From an uncultured Spirochaetaceae bacterium (GTDB taxonomy: Bacteria; Spirochaetota; Spirochaetia; SZUA-6; DRHE01), in contig CAYMGP010000035.1 in the NCBI GenBank assembly GCA_964390045.1, positions 1 through 39,342 of the forward strand: a DNA stretch of 39,342 nucleotides, read 5' to 3'. The notes under the pieces are model-generated. The model was not told where the DNA came from, searched no databases, and saw only the letters and a list, made by a program, of their open reading frames with translations. Positions 8,495 through 17,266 of this stretch are shown here, piece after piece; position 1 is the stretch's first letter, and the number at the start of each line of letters is the position of its first letter. Both the position numbers and the translations under genes were made by a program.

Positions 8495-8549
8495 ATCTGA
8501 GAGAAATCCAATGATCTTTTTAATTATATATATAATAAACAATTAAAAC

Positions 8550-8569
8550 GAAACAGAGAGATTTGTTTC
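8550..8569. promoter_or_regulatory. Inverted repeat GAAACA-N8-TGTTTC, about 70 nt upstream of the sigma-54 promoter (candidate enhancer/UAS)
   Basis: Read directly. It sits in an AT-rich region that also contains a (TA)5 run at about 8525-8535. Confidence 0.3.
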
Positions 8570-8647
8570 AAACAGGGCAAATTTGGGAATGGGTCAATAT
8601 TACACTATGTGTCATAATAGCCCTAATTTTGGGTTAAATTGATACGA

Positions 8648-9151
8648 TCAAGGAAGATCGGGCAGGAGGTCTTTGACCGCCTGGATCGCTTCCGCCGGGC
8701 TCTGTACCTCCCTGGTGAACAGGGCCTGACCGCGATTACGGTCCGGATCCAAGCGCCAGGAATGCAGTCCCACCACGGGGATACCGGCGGCTGCGGCCAG
8801 GGCGATCTCGGAAAGGGTGCCGTAGGAACCGGAAACGGCGACCAGTACCCGGCTGCTCTTGACGACCAGCACGTTGCGGGCCTCTCCCATTCCCGTGACC
8901 ACCGAGCAGCTCAGGTAGGGGTTGGCTCCTTGCCGCGAGTTTCCGGGCAGAATCCCCAGGGTCGTTCCCCCCTGCGATCTGGCTCCTCTGCAGGCCTGTT
9001 CCATCACCCCGCCCAGACCGCCGCAGACCAGGGTCCATCCCTGCTCGGCGATCAGGCGGCCCAATTCGTAGGCCAGTGCGGCGACATTGCGGTCGCAGCG
9101 CCGGGCTCCGATCACCCCTGCGTACAGCGGACTCTGCGCGTGTTTGGCCAA
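8648..9151 (-). CDS. LOG/TIGR00725-family Rossmann-fold protein (lysine-decarboxylase-like)
   Basis: GVIGARRCD ... LVCGGLGGVMEQACRGA ... GILPG ... VVTGMGEARNVLVV ... GSYGTLSEIALAAAAGIPVVGL. I start it at TTG, with GGAGG 5 nt upstream. The ATG-initiated ORF from 9229 would overlap leuB by 29 nt and carry a non-conserved leader. Confidence 0.6.
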   Translation of the reverse strand: MAKHAQSPLYAGVIGARRCDRNVAALAYELGRLIAEQGWTLVCGGLGGVMEQACRGARSQGGTTLGILPGNSRQGANPYLSCSVVTGMGEARNVLVVKSSRVLVAVSGSYGTLSEIALAAAAGIPVVGLHSWRLDPDRNRGQALFTREVQSPAEAIQAVKDLLPDLP

Positions 9152-9200
9152 CCTTTCCTCCGGTTGTCTCCCTGCAGCCCTGCAGGGTGCAGGCGGCGGT

Positions 9201-10250
9201 TCAGCCGAGGCCCTGCACCACCATGTCACCGATTTCCGAGGTGCTGTAGCCCATCTTGCCGGCGTTCATGCTCTTCATCTTAGCGATTGTTTTCACTACC
9301 GAGCGCTCCACGGCCTCCGCCGCCTCGTTTTCACCGAGGACCTGGAGCATCATATGGGTCGCCAGGATGGCGGCAATCGGGTTGATGACACCCTGGCCCG
9401 CATACTTTGGGGCGGAACCGCCTATAGGCTCGAACATGGAAACACCTTCGGGATTGATATTGGCGCCCGCGGCCACGCCCATGCCGCCCTGAATCATGGC
9501 CCCGAGGTCAGTTATAATGTCTCCGAACATGTTTGTGGTCACAATCACGTCGAACCACTCGGGATTTTTCACCATCCACATGGTGATGGCGTCTACATGG
9601 GCGTAGTCGGCCTCGATGTCCGGGTATTCACCACTGACCTCGTTGAAGGTGCGCATCCACAGGTCGTGGGCGTAGGTCAGCACATTGGTTTTGGCACAGA
9701 GGGTGAGCTTCTTCATCCTGTCTCGTTTCCGGGTGTACTCGAAGGCGTAGCGAATACAGCGTTCCACACCTTTGCGTGTGTTGATCATCTGCTGAACGGC
9801 GACCTCCTCGGCGGTGCCCTTTTTCAGGAACCCCCCGATTCCGGCGTACAGGCCTTCCGTGTTTTCCCTCACCACGACGAAGTCGATGTCCTCCGCCGTT
9901 TTTCCGGCCAGTGGAGTCTCCACGTTTTTGTACAGCTTCACGGGACGCAGGTTTATATACTGGTCCAGGGCGAAGCGCAGGTACAGCAGGATTCCCTTCT
10001 CCAGTATCCCCGGTTTGACATCGGGATGTCCGATGGCCCCCAGATAGATGGCGTCGAATCTCCGCAGCGTGTCGACGGCATCGTCGGGAAGTACTTCCCC
10101 CGTATCCAGATAGTGCTGCCCCCCGTAGTCGAATCTGGTGAAGCGGAAGCGAACGTTAAAGTGTTCGCTGACCGCCTCCAGTACCTTGAGACCCTCCTGA
10201 ATCACCTCCGGACCGGTTGCGTCTCCCGGGATCACTGCGATTTCATACAT
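9201..10250 (-). CDS. leuB: 3-isopropylmalate dehydrogenase-like beta-decarboxylating dehydrogenase
   Basis: [19 protein letters not shown], and the substrate/metal site GSAP ... [14 protein letters not shown] ... NPIAAILA. The length is 349 aa. It could alternatively be a homoisocitrate or tartrate dehydrogenase. No leuACD genes are adjacent. Confidence 0.7.
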   Translation of the reverse strand: MYEIAVIPGDATGPEVIQEGLKVLEAVSEHFNVRFRFTRFDYGGQHYLDTGEVLPDDAVDTLRRFDAIYLGAIGHPDVKPGILEKGILLYLRFALDQYINLRPVKLYKNVETPLAGKTAEDIDFVVVRENTEGLYAGIGGFLKKGTAEEVAVQQMINTRKGVERCIRYAFEYTRKRDRMKKLTLCAKTNVLTYAHDLWMRTFNEVSGEYPDIEADYAHVDAITMWMVKNPEWFDVIVTTNMFGDIITDLGAMIQGGMGVAAGANINPEGVSMFEPIGGSAPKYAGQGVINPIAAILATHMMLQVLGENEAAEAVERSVVKTIAKMKSMNAGKMGYSTSEIGDMVVQGLG

Positions 10251-10321
10251 GCAATTTCGGTTTCCTTCCCCGATTCGATTTTGCCCTGAAGCTTAGCCGG
10301 AGGGCCTTTTCCTGTCAACAA

Positions 10322-11137
10322 TCACCGCCGTGTGCGCCCCCTACCGGGGGCGGGAGTCAATGCTTGGGCCGTGTTGTAGCGCCTGGCCAAGCGCTGCAGA
10401 CAGGTGCTGCGGGATCGCTGGCAGGCGTCGTTCCAGCGGTCATAGTGGGCGAGGAACTCTGCGGCGGGCACAATGGTCAAACGCGATGAGGCAAAGAAGA
10501 TCCGCCTCCCGGGGTAGAGCACGAATCCCGCCTGGATGATATCCTGCGCCTGGGCGCGCTTGAGGTGGCTCCAACAGCGTCTTGAGTTCGGGCTCTGCGG
10601 AACAAAGATGAAACCGATACGTTTCGCTCCGGCCTCTACGATCAGCTCCACGTGCCTCTTGCCGTATCCTCCATGATAGAAGAATCTGCTGTCCGGACGC
10701 AGATCCCTTTCCATTCTGCAGATCGCGGCGATCATACGGGCCTGAAAGGGCAGTGCAGCGCGCGCAGCGCGTACAGCGCGCATAGCGCACACAGCAAGCT
10801 CCGGCGGGCGTCCCGGCGGCTGCGGCGAATCGGTAGCCGGGACGAAGTACAACTTGGGTGATTTGCAGGTGTGCCGCCGTTCACTGGGAAGAGGATCGAG
10901 AAGCCTGATGATTTCCGCTTCGGCCAGGCTGGAGACCCTTTTTTTCGCCGCGGATGCGGAAATACAGAGCTCCCTGCCCAGCGTGGCGTAGTTCAGGGGC
11001 TTTCCCTGCCAGGCTGATAAGACGGCTATGGTGGGCTGCAGCTCTTCCACACTAATAACAACGGACCTGTCGACAGCTTTGCTTTTAAGGCCATTGCGAG
11101 GTTGCGGATATCCGTATATGATTGAAGCAACCTGCAC
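10322..11137 (-). pseudogene. N-terminally truncated DUF4143-type AAA+ ATPase (COG1373) remnant
   Basis: Only the C-terminal DUF4143-like part is present (LNYATLGRELCISASAAKKRVSSLAEAEIIRLL, KSPKLYFVPATDS, FFYHGGYGKRHVELIVEAGAK). There is no P-loop/AAA part. The upstream space is occupied by the methyltransferase gene on the other strand. It has a GTG start and an odd low-complexity C-terminus. Confidence 0.45.
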
Positions 11138-13134
11138 GATCGGGAGAGGATGTCATTTCACGCCAGCGCCCCGCGATACAGGCCGAACTGCCGCTGATGT
11201 TTCCCGTTCTACCCCAGAACCGCAAATATCTCGGCTCCAAATTCCGGCTTCTAGATTTTCTCAAAGAGACGATCCTCTCGCGGGCCGGACGCTTCGAGGT
11301 ATTCGCCGACCTTTTTGCAGGCACCGGAATCGTGGGCAAATGTTTCAACAACCGCGACTGCAGAGTCATCGCCAATGACCTCCTGTACTCCAACTACGTG
11401 GTGAACAGGGCTTTTCTCACCTCCCGAGGCGACAACGTCGATCTCGAGAGGCTGGGCGATCTGACGCCTGAGCTCAACGCCAGCCCTCCGATCGAGGGCT
11501 ACGTTTTCCACAGCTACGGCGGTACCTATTTCAGCCGCGACAACGCGGCCAAGATCGACGCGGTTCGCCAAGCCATCGACCGTGTCTATGAAGCCGGACG
11601 CTGCAGCGAGCAGGAGCGGTATGTGCTGCTCGCCGGCCTGCTGCTCGCCGTGGACAAGGTGGCCAACACGGTTGGCCAGTATGACGCCTTCCTGAAGCAT
11701 ATCGACAGGGAGGATCTGAACAGTTCCGAAAGGCACCTGCGCGACAGCAATGTCGACAAGCCCCTCAGGCTGCTGCTGCCTGCGCTGGACATCGACGCGA
11801 ACGGCGGCAACGAGGTCTACAATACGGACGCCAATCTCCTGGTCCGCGACCTGGAGGCCGATGTCCTTTATCTCGATCCCCCCTATAACACGCGCCAGTA
11901 TGTGGACTGCTATCACGTCCTGGAGAATATCATGCGCTGGGAAAAGCCCAGGCTGTACGGAAAGACGAAGAAGTTTCAAAGGGACAACCTGAAGAGCCGC
12001 TTTTCCAGAAAAAGCGAGGCGTTCCAGGCTCTCTCGGAGCTAATCGAGGCGGCCCGGGCCGAGCACATCTTCCTGAGCTACAACAGCGAGGGGGTTATCG
12101 ACGCCGAGGCGATCGCCGGGATCTTCAGGGAGAAGGGAAGGTTGGAAGTATTTGAGAAGGAGTACCCCGTGTTCGGCAATGGGGCGGGCAGCTCCCGTAA
12201 GCGAACCGTGACGGAAAGGATTTTTTACTGCAGAAACGGGGGGGGCGGCGGCGGAAAACGCTCGCAGCAGAAGATCGAGCTGTTTACGGAGACGGGGGAA
12301 AGCCGGGGGTTTTACTCGCCGCGCAACCGCCTCAACGATCTTACGGGAAAAGAGTGGGTCTACTGGAGCAAGAGTGTCATCAACAAGCCCTATCCTCCCA
12401 ACCTGCAGCACAGCCTGCGCAGCCGTCACGGGGGCCAGAAACCTCCCGACCTGTGCGGAGATCTGATAGAGGTTTTCAGCAAACGCGGGCAGTGGGTTCT
12501 GGATCCCTTCGCCGGGGTGGGAGGAACCCTGCTCGGAGCCTCGCTGCGCGGCAGGCAGGCCCTGGGCATCGAGATCAATCCGGAGTGGATCGATATCTAC
12601 AGGCAGGTATGCTCTCTGGAAAAAATCGAGGAGCAGAGAACGATCTGCGGCGACAGTCGGGTCGAGCTCGATCGACTCGCCGCGAAGAACTGGCTCTGCG
12701 ACCTCATCCTTACAGATGTCCCCTTTTGGAGCATGGACAAGGCGAAACGGAGCAGGGGTGAGTTCAAGAGGGTGGGAGAACAGCAGCACAAACGGCGCCG
12801 CTCCAAGCTCGGCACCTTCAACGATACCACCTACGGCTCGAAGGAGCAGTGGCTCGCCGAGATGAAAGTAATTTTCGAAGCGGCATTGCCCCTTCTCAAA
12901 GACCGGGGGTATGTTGTTGTTTTCATAGGCGAGATGTACCAGGGCGGCCGCTATCATTTTCTCAGCGCCGAGCTGGGGTCCGTGCTCTCAGAGCTCGGGC
13001 TGACCGCCAAGGCCAACCTCGTCTGGTACGACGTGAGCAAATCCCTGCACATCTACGGCTACCAGTACGAGTACATTCCCTCGCTGATACACCAGAATAT
13101 CCTGGTGTACCGGAAAGACAGTACGAAGCTGTGA
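11122..13134 (+). CDS. Two-domain DNA methyltransferase: N-terminal Dam-like (D12 class) N6-adenine MTase and C-terminal N6/N4-type MTase domain
   Basis: The N-terminal domain has RKYLGSKFRLLDFL ... VFADLFAGTGIV ... LYLDPPYNTRQY (FxGxG before DPPY, the alpha-class order). The C-terminal domain has HGGQKPPDLCGDLIEVFSKRGQWVLDPFAGVGGTLLGA ... GIEINPEW ... LILTDVPF. The true start may be the internal ATG (MFPVLPQNRKYLGSKF). No endonuclease gene is adjacent. Confidence 0.8.
   Translation: MKQPARSGEDVISRQRPAIQAELPLMFPVLPQNRKYLGSKFRLLDFLKETILSRAGRFEVFADLFAGTGIVGKCFNNRDCRVIANDLLYSNYVVNRAFLTSRGDNVDLERLGDLTPELNASPPIEGYVFHSYGGTYFSRDNAAKIDAVRQAIDRVYEAGRCSEQERYVLLAGLLLAVDKVANTVGQYDAFLKHIDREDLNSSERHLRDSNVDKPLRLLLPALDIDANGGNEVYNTDANLLVRDLEADVLYLDPPYNTRQYVDCYHVLENIMRWEKPRLYGKTKKFQRDNLKSRFSRKSEAFQALSELIEAARAEHIFLSYNSEGVIDAEAIAGIFREKGRLEVFEKEYPVFGNGAGSSRKRTVTERIFYCRNGGGGGGKRSQQKIELFTETGESRGFYSPRNRLNDLTGKEWVYWSKSVINKPYPPNLQHSLRSRHGGQKPPDLCGDLIEVFSKRGQWVLDPFAGVGGTLLGASLRGRQALGIEINPEWIDIYRQVCSLEKIEEQRTICGDSRVELDRLAAKNWLCDLILTDVPFWSMDKAKRSRGEFKRVGEQQHKRRRSKLGTFNDTTYGSKEQWLAEMKVIFEAALPLLKDRGYVVVFIGEMYQGGRYHFLSAELGSVLSELGLTAKANLVWYDVSKSLHIYGYQYEYIPSLIHQNILVYRKDSTKL
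12237..12244 (+). repeat. Homopolymeric G8 tract, followed by (GGC)3, inside the MTase inter-domain linker (RNGGGGGGKR)
   Basis: Read directly: aacggggggggcggcggcgga. Confidence 0.85.
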
Positions 13135-13189
13135 AATCCGGGGCGAAGCCTATATAATGGGTAATGAGGCTACGAAAAAGGATTGACAG

Positions 13190-14554
13190 ATGGCGGGAAT
13201 ATTCAAGACGTACGATATCCGGGGCATTTACGGCAAAGGTATAGATACAGCCCTGGCCTACAAGGTTGGCAGGGCTTTCTCCCGTTTCCTGAAGCAAGAT
13301 ACCTTCATGATCGGCTACGATGCCCGCACCTACTCCGAGGAGCTGTACCAGTCCGTCGGGCACGGTCTGGTGGCCGAGGGGAAAAAGGTTCTGGGCATCG
13401 GACTGGTGACCACCCCGCAGCTGCACTTCTACCAGATTAGAGAAGGGTACGGCGGTGCGGTCATGGTTACAGCCTCCCACAATCCTCCCGAATACCACGG
13501 TTTCAAGCTCTTCGACAGCCGGGGAGGCTCGATCAGCTTCGGCAAGGGACTCGAGCAGATCGAGAAGCTCGTTGCCGGAATGAGTGACGAGCCGCCCCTT
13601 AGGGGGGGTTCCATCGAAGAGGCCGACCGCCTCGAAGAATATCTAGATTTCGTTACCGGACCTCTGGAAGGCCGGACGGTGCACGGGGATGTCGTCATCG
13701 ATGTGGGCAGCGGTTCCGCCGGCAGGGTCTTTCGCAGCCTCAGCGAGAGATTGGGGATTCGCTGCCATATACTCAACGAGCAGCCCGACGGCTCTTTTCT
13801 CAACAGGGACCCGAATCCCCTCAAAGCGGAGAGCAGAGTGCATGCGGCGGCCAAGGTGCACGAGTACGGATCCGATCTGGGCGCTCTGCTAGATGGAGAC
13901 GGCGACAGGGTGGTCTTTCTCGATGAGCACGGTGAAAGTGTGGCCAACTACTACATAGCGGCGCTGATCGCCGAGCAGATCCTGGCAGGCGAGCCCGGGG
14001 CCGCTATCGTGTACGACTTGATCTCCTCCCGGGCGCTTCCCGAGCGTATCGAGGAATTGGGGGGCAAAGCGATCGTTTCCCGCGTGGGCTATACCCATCT
14101 CTACGACGCCATGGTCGCCGGGGGGGCTCTGTTTGGAGCCGAGACCTCGGGTCATGTGTATTTCAAGGTGACGGACAGCTATTACACGGAATCGGCGGCT
14201 TACGCGCTGGTCGTGCTGCTCAAGCTGCTCAACGAACGCGGCAAGCCCCTTTCCGAGCTCCTCGCGCCGCTGCGGCGGCGTTACTTTCAGTCGGAGGAGA
14301 TCAACGTGGAGATCGCAGACAAAGAAAGGGTTTTGCAGGAGATGGAGAGCCACTTCGCCTCCCTCGGAGGCAGGATCGAAAAGCTCGACGGCGTGAGCGT
14401 CGAGTTTGCCGACCACTGGTTCAATGTTCGTCCCAGCAACACGGAACCGCTGATCCGCCTGCGCTTGGAAGCCACAAGCCGGGAAACAGCGGAGAAGAAA
14501 TCCGCGGAAATAACCACTTTTTTGCAGGGTTGTGCCGCAAAAAACCGCCAATGA
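13190..14554 (+). CDS. Phosphomannomutase/phosphoglucomutase (alpha-D-phosphohexomutase family)
   Basis: Active-site loop TASHNPPEYHGFK. Four-domain length of 454 aa. GIYGKGIDTALAYKVGRAF at the N-terminus. Confidence 0.85.
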   Translation: MAGIFKTYDIRGIYGKGIDTALAYKVGRAFSRFLKQDTFMIGYDARTYSEELYQSVGHGLVAEGKKVLGIGLVTTPQLHFYQIREGYGGAVMVTASHNPPEYHGFKLFDSRGGSISFGKGLEQIEKLVAGMSDEPPLRGGSIEEADRLEEYLDFVTGPLEGRTVHGDVVIDVGSGSAGRVFRSLSERLGIRCHILNEQPDGSFLNRDPNPLKAESRVHAAAKVHEYGSDLGALLDGDGDRVVFLDEHGESVANYYIAALIAEQILAGEPGAAIVYDLISSRALPERIEELGGKAIVSRVGYTHLYDAMVAGGALFGAETSGHVYFKVTDSYYTESAAYALVVLLKLLNERGKPLSELLAPLRRRYFQSEEINVEIADKERVLQEMESHFASLGGRIEKLDGVSVEFADHWFNVRPSNTEPLIRLRLEATSRETAEKKSAEITTFLQGCAAKNRQ

Positions 14555-16524
14555 ACGATATCAACTTCGAGAACAGCTCGCAGAGCAACGATGAATCCCC
14601 TCGAAAGAACCCGGGCACGCCCGCCGTTCGCGAGCTCGAGCAGATACTTCAGGCCTCCCTCGAAGCTACGGCCGACGGGATCCTCGTGGTCGACAACAAT
14701 GGGCGGCTCATCCTCTCCAACGAGAGATTTGCCGAGATGTGGTGCATTCCCGAGCAGCTGATACAGGACAAGGACGATCTACGGATCCGCGAATACGTCA
14801 TGAATCATCTCGTCGATCCCGAAGCCTATATCGAGATGACCGAGCAGCTGTACGGCAGGGAGGATTCAGTAACAGACGAGGTGCGCTTCAAGGACGGCCG
14901 GACCTTCGAGCGCTTCTCCTCCCCCCTGATCATATCGGGAAAGATCGTTGGCCGGGTCTGGAGCTTCCGTGATACTACCACCATCCGAGAGACGCAGAGC
15001 CGTCTGGAGCGCAGCGAAGAGACGTACAGGGACTTAGTGGAAAACGCCAACAGCATCATTCTGCGCTGGGATTGTAGCGGCGTGATTTCGTTCATCAACG
15101 ATTACGGACAGCAGCTTCTAGGCTACAGTGCCGAGGATCTGGTCGGCAAGTCTATCATCGGTACGATCGTTCCCGAAAGAGAGTCCTCGGGGCGGGACCT
15201 GGTGGCCATGGTCGAAGGGATCACGAATAGGCCGGATGAGTTCCTATACAACGAGAACGAGAACACCACCAAGGACGGCCGATCTATTTGGGTTTCCTGG
15301 TCCAACAAGCCGATCTACGACACCGGCGGCCGGGTGGTCGAGATTTTGAGCATCGGGAATGACATCACCGAGCGCAAGAGACTGGAACAGCAGCTTTTTC
15401 AGGCACAGAAGATGGAAGCGGTAGGCCAGTTGGCGGGGGGCATCGCCCACGATTTCAACAACTTGCTCATGGTGATCAACGGCTACTGCGAGCTGCTGCT
15501 CGACGGGCCCGTCGTGGGCGATTCGGTGCGCCGGGATATCGAACTGATAAAGAATACCTCGGTACGGGCGGCGGCTCTGACCCGCCAGCTCCTCGCTTTC
15601 GGCCGCCGCCAGGTGGTTCAACCCAAGGTGATCGATCTCAACAGGCTCATGCAGGAAATGCTGGATATGGTGACCAAGCTCGTGGGGCCAACCGTGGTGC
15701 TCGATCTACGCGCCGCTCCCGGTCCCTTGAATATTTTCGCCGATCCGATTCAAGTAGAGCAGGTGCTTCTCAACCTTGCCGCCAATGCGAGGGACGCGAT
15801 GCCCGAAGGGGGAGAGCTTGTCCTGGAAACCCGTCAGGTGGATATAGACAGTGCAGGCAAGGGCGAGTTGTATATGGTCAAGACGGGACGGTACGCACTC
15901 TGCTCTGTAACGGATACGGGGACAGGAATTCCTCAGGAAATTCTGGAACATATCTTCGAGCCTTTTTTTACGACCAAGGAGTCGGGAAAGGGCACGGGCC
16001 TCGGCCTGTCCACGGTCTACGGGATCGTTAAGCAGAACGACGGCTACATTTTCGCTCGCAGCAAGCCCGGCGGGGGCAGCAGTTTCAGCGTGTATTTTCC
16101 TCTGGTCGTTGAAGAGGAGTTGATCCGGGGTGCGACAGCCAGGATTTCTGGAGAGAAGCTGCTGGGAAACGAGAGGATCCTTCTCGTAGAGGCGGAAGCC
16201 CAATTGCTTCGCTACACGAAGACGGTGCTCGAGCGTTACGGATACAGGGTGATTGCCGCCGAAAGCGCCGCCGATGCCCTGGCCCTGTGCAAAACGCTCG
16301 AGGGCAAGGTAGATCTCCTGATGACATCCGTGGGAATCGCCGAGACCGAGGACGGCGATCTGGCAGAGAAAATTAAAGAGATACAGCCCGATATACACGT
16401 GCTGCTCATCTCGGCGGCCAGCGGGGCGGAGCTTCCCGAGCGCTACTCGGCGATCAGGAAACCGTTCACCAGCGAAGCTCTGGCACGCAAGATTCGCTCG
16501 ATCTTAGACGACACGAGCGCTTGA
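14551..16524 (+). CDS. PAS-domain hybrid sensor histidine kinase with a degenerate C-terminal receiver
   Basis: Two PAS domains. H-box HDFNNLLMVINGYCELLL. HATPase N/G boxes (LNLAANARDAMPEGG, GTGLGLSTVYGIV). The C-terminal REC-like domain has the acidic pocket and acceptor altered (LLVEAEAQ; DLLMTSV). The start ATG overlaps the upstream stop (ATGA). Confidence 0.85.
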   Translation: MNDINFENSSQSNDESPRKNPGTPAVRELEQILQASLEATADGILVVDNNGRLILSNERFAEMWCIPEQLIQDKDDLRIREYVMNHLVDPEAYIEMTEQLYGREDSVTDEVRFKDGRTFERFSSPLIISGKIVGRVWSFRDTTTIRETQSRLERSEETYRDLVENANSIILRWDCSGVISFINDYGQQLLGYSAEDLVGKSIIGTIVPERESSGRDLVAMVEGITNRPDEFLYNENENTTKDGRSIWVSWSNKPIYDTGGRVVEILSIGNDITERKRLEQQLFQAQKMEAVGQLAGGIAHDFNNLLMVINGYCELLLDGPVVGDSVRRDIELIKNTSVRAAALTRQLLAFGRRQVVQPKVIDLNRLMQEMLDMVTKLVGPTVVLDLRAAPGPLNIFADPIQVEQVLLNLAANARDAMPEGGELVLETRQVDIDSAGKGELYMVKTGRYALCSVTDTGTGIPQEILEHIFEPFFTTKESGKGTGLGLSTVYGIVKQNDGYIFARSKPGGGSSFSVYFPLVVEEELIRGATARISGEKLLGNERILLVEAEAQLLRYTKTVLERYGYRVIAAESAADALALCKTLEGKVDLLMTSVGIAETEDGDLAEKIKEIQPDIHVLLISAASGAELPERYSAIRKPFTSEALARKIRSILDDTSA

Positions 16525-16555
16525 CAATTCTTCGGGCGATCCGTACCGTAGGCGC

Positions 16556-17116
16556 ATGCATATTCGCTACAACGCGCCCGTGATTCTAACCTTGACGCTG
16601 CTGGCTACCGCGGTGTTGGTCATCAACCAAGTTGCGGGCGGCTTCACGGAAAGGTTTTTCGTATCCTACCCATCCTTCGAGCCGACCCTTGTCGGCTTCT
16701 TCCGTCTGTTTTCCCACGTTCTGGGACACAGGAATTGGATTCACCTGATGAGCAACTTCAGTTTCATCCTGCTCATCGGACCGGTTCTCGAGGAGAAGTA
16801 CCGCTCGGGCCCCATCCTGCTCATGGTTCTGGTGACGTCCCTGATTACGGGAGTCCTGAATGTGCTCTTTTTCTCGACGGGGCTGATGGGAGCCAGCGGG
16901 ATCGTGTTCATGCTCATCCTGCTGAGCTCGTTTACCAACATCCGCTCGGGGGAGATCCCTCTAACATTTGTCCTGATCGTGGTTTTGTTCCTGGTACGGG
17001 AGTTCATCGACGCCTTTTCACAGGACAACATCTCCCAATTCGCCCATATCATCGGAGGTATCTGCGGCAGCCTGTTCGGATTTTTCTTCACCAGGACGAG
17101 GCGCAGCCCTGCCTGA
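16556..17116 (+). CDS. Rhomboid-family intramembrane serine protease (core six TM)
   Basis: HRNWIHLMSNFSFIL (the H..N motif), catalytic GASGIVF (GxSG) and AHIIGG (His), and six hydrophobic helices. Confidence 0.7.
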   Translation: MHIRYNAPVILTLTLLATAVLVINQVAGGFTERFFVSYPSFEPTLVGFFRLFSHVLGHRNWIHLMSNFSFILLIGPVLEEKYRSGPILLMVLVTSLITGVLNVLFFSTGLMGASGIVFMLILLSSFTNIRSGEIPLTFVLIVVLFLVREFIDAFSQDNISQFAHIIGGICGSLFGFFFTRTRRSPA

Positions 17117-17266
17117 GGCTGCCTGAGGGCACAATCCGATTGTGGGGGCGCGCTACACCAATGTGACCGCGCAATCCCGTGCCTTGTGCACAGATCCGCA
17201 AAGACCGGCGCTGATTGAAAGGGCACCTCTTTTTTGGTACCTTTAGCAGCAGAATGAGAGAATACC

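Noticed and set aside
8440-8511. Longer version of the hsp20 ORF starting at ATG 8511 (MDFSQIWHEICIYINVRKKHRRCE ...)
   Set aside because: The extension is AT-rich and runs through the sigma-54 promoter and SD. The internal ATG has a perfect AGGAGG and begins exactly at the conserved small heat-shock protein N-terminus.
9087-10289. 400-aa plus-strand ORF covering the leuB-like gene
   Set aside because: It is antisense to a dehydrogenase with clear family motifs. Its translation is low-complexity.
11251-12957. Minus-strand ORFs (242 aa, 305 aa, 77 aa) antisense to the methyltransferase
   Set aside because: They are antisense to a gene with clear MTase motifs. There are no domains or RBS. This is an artefact.
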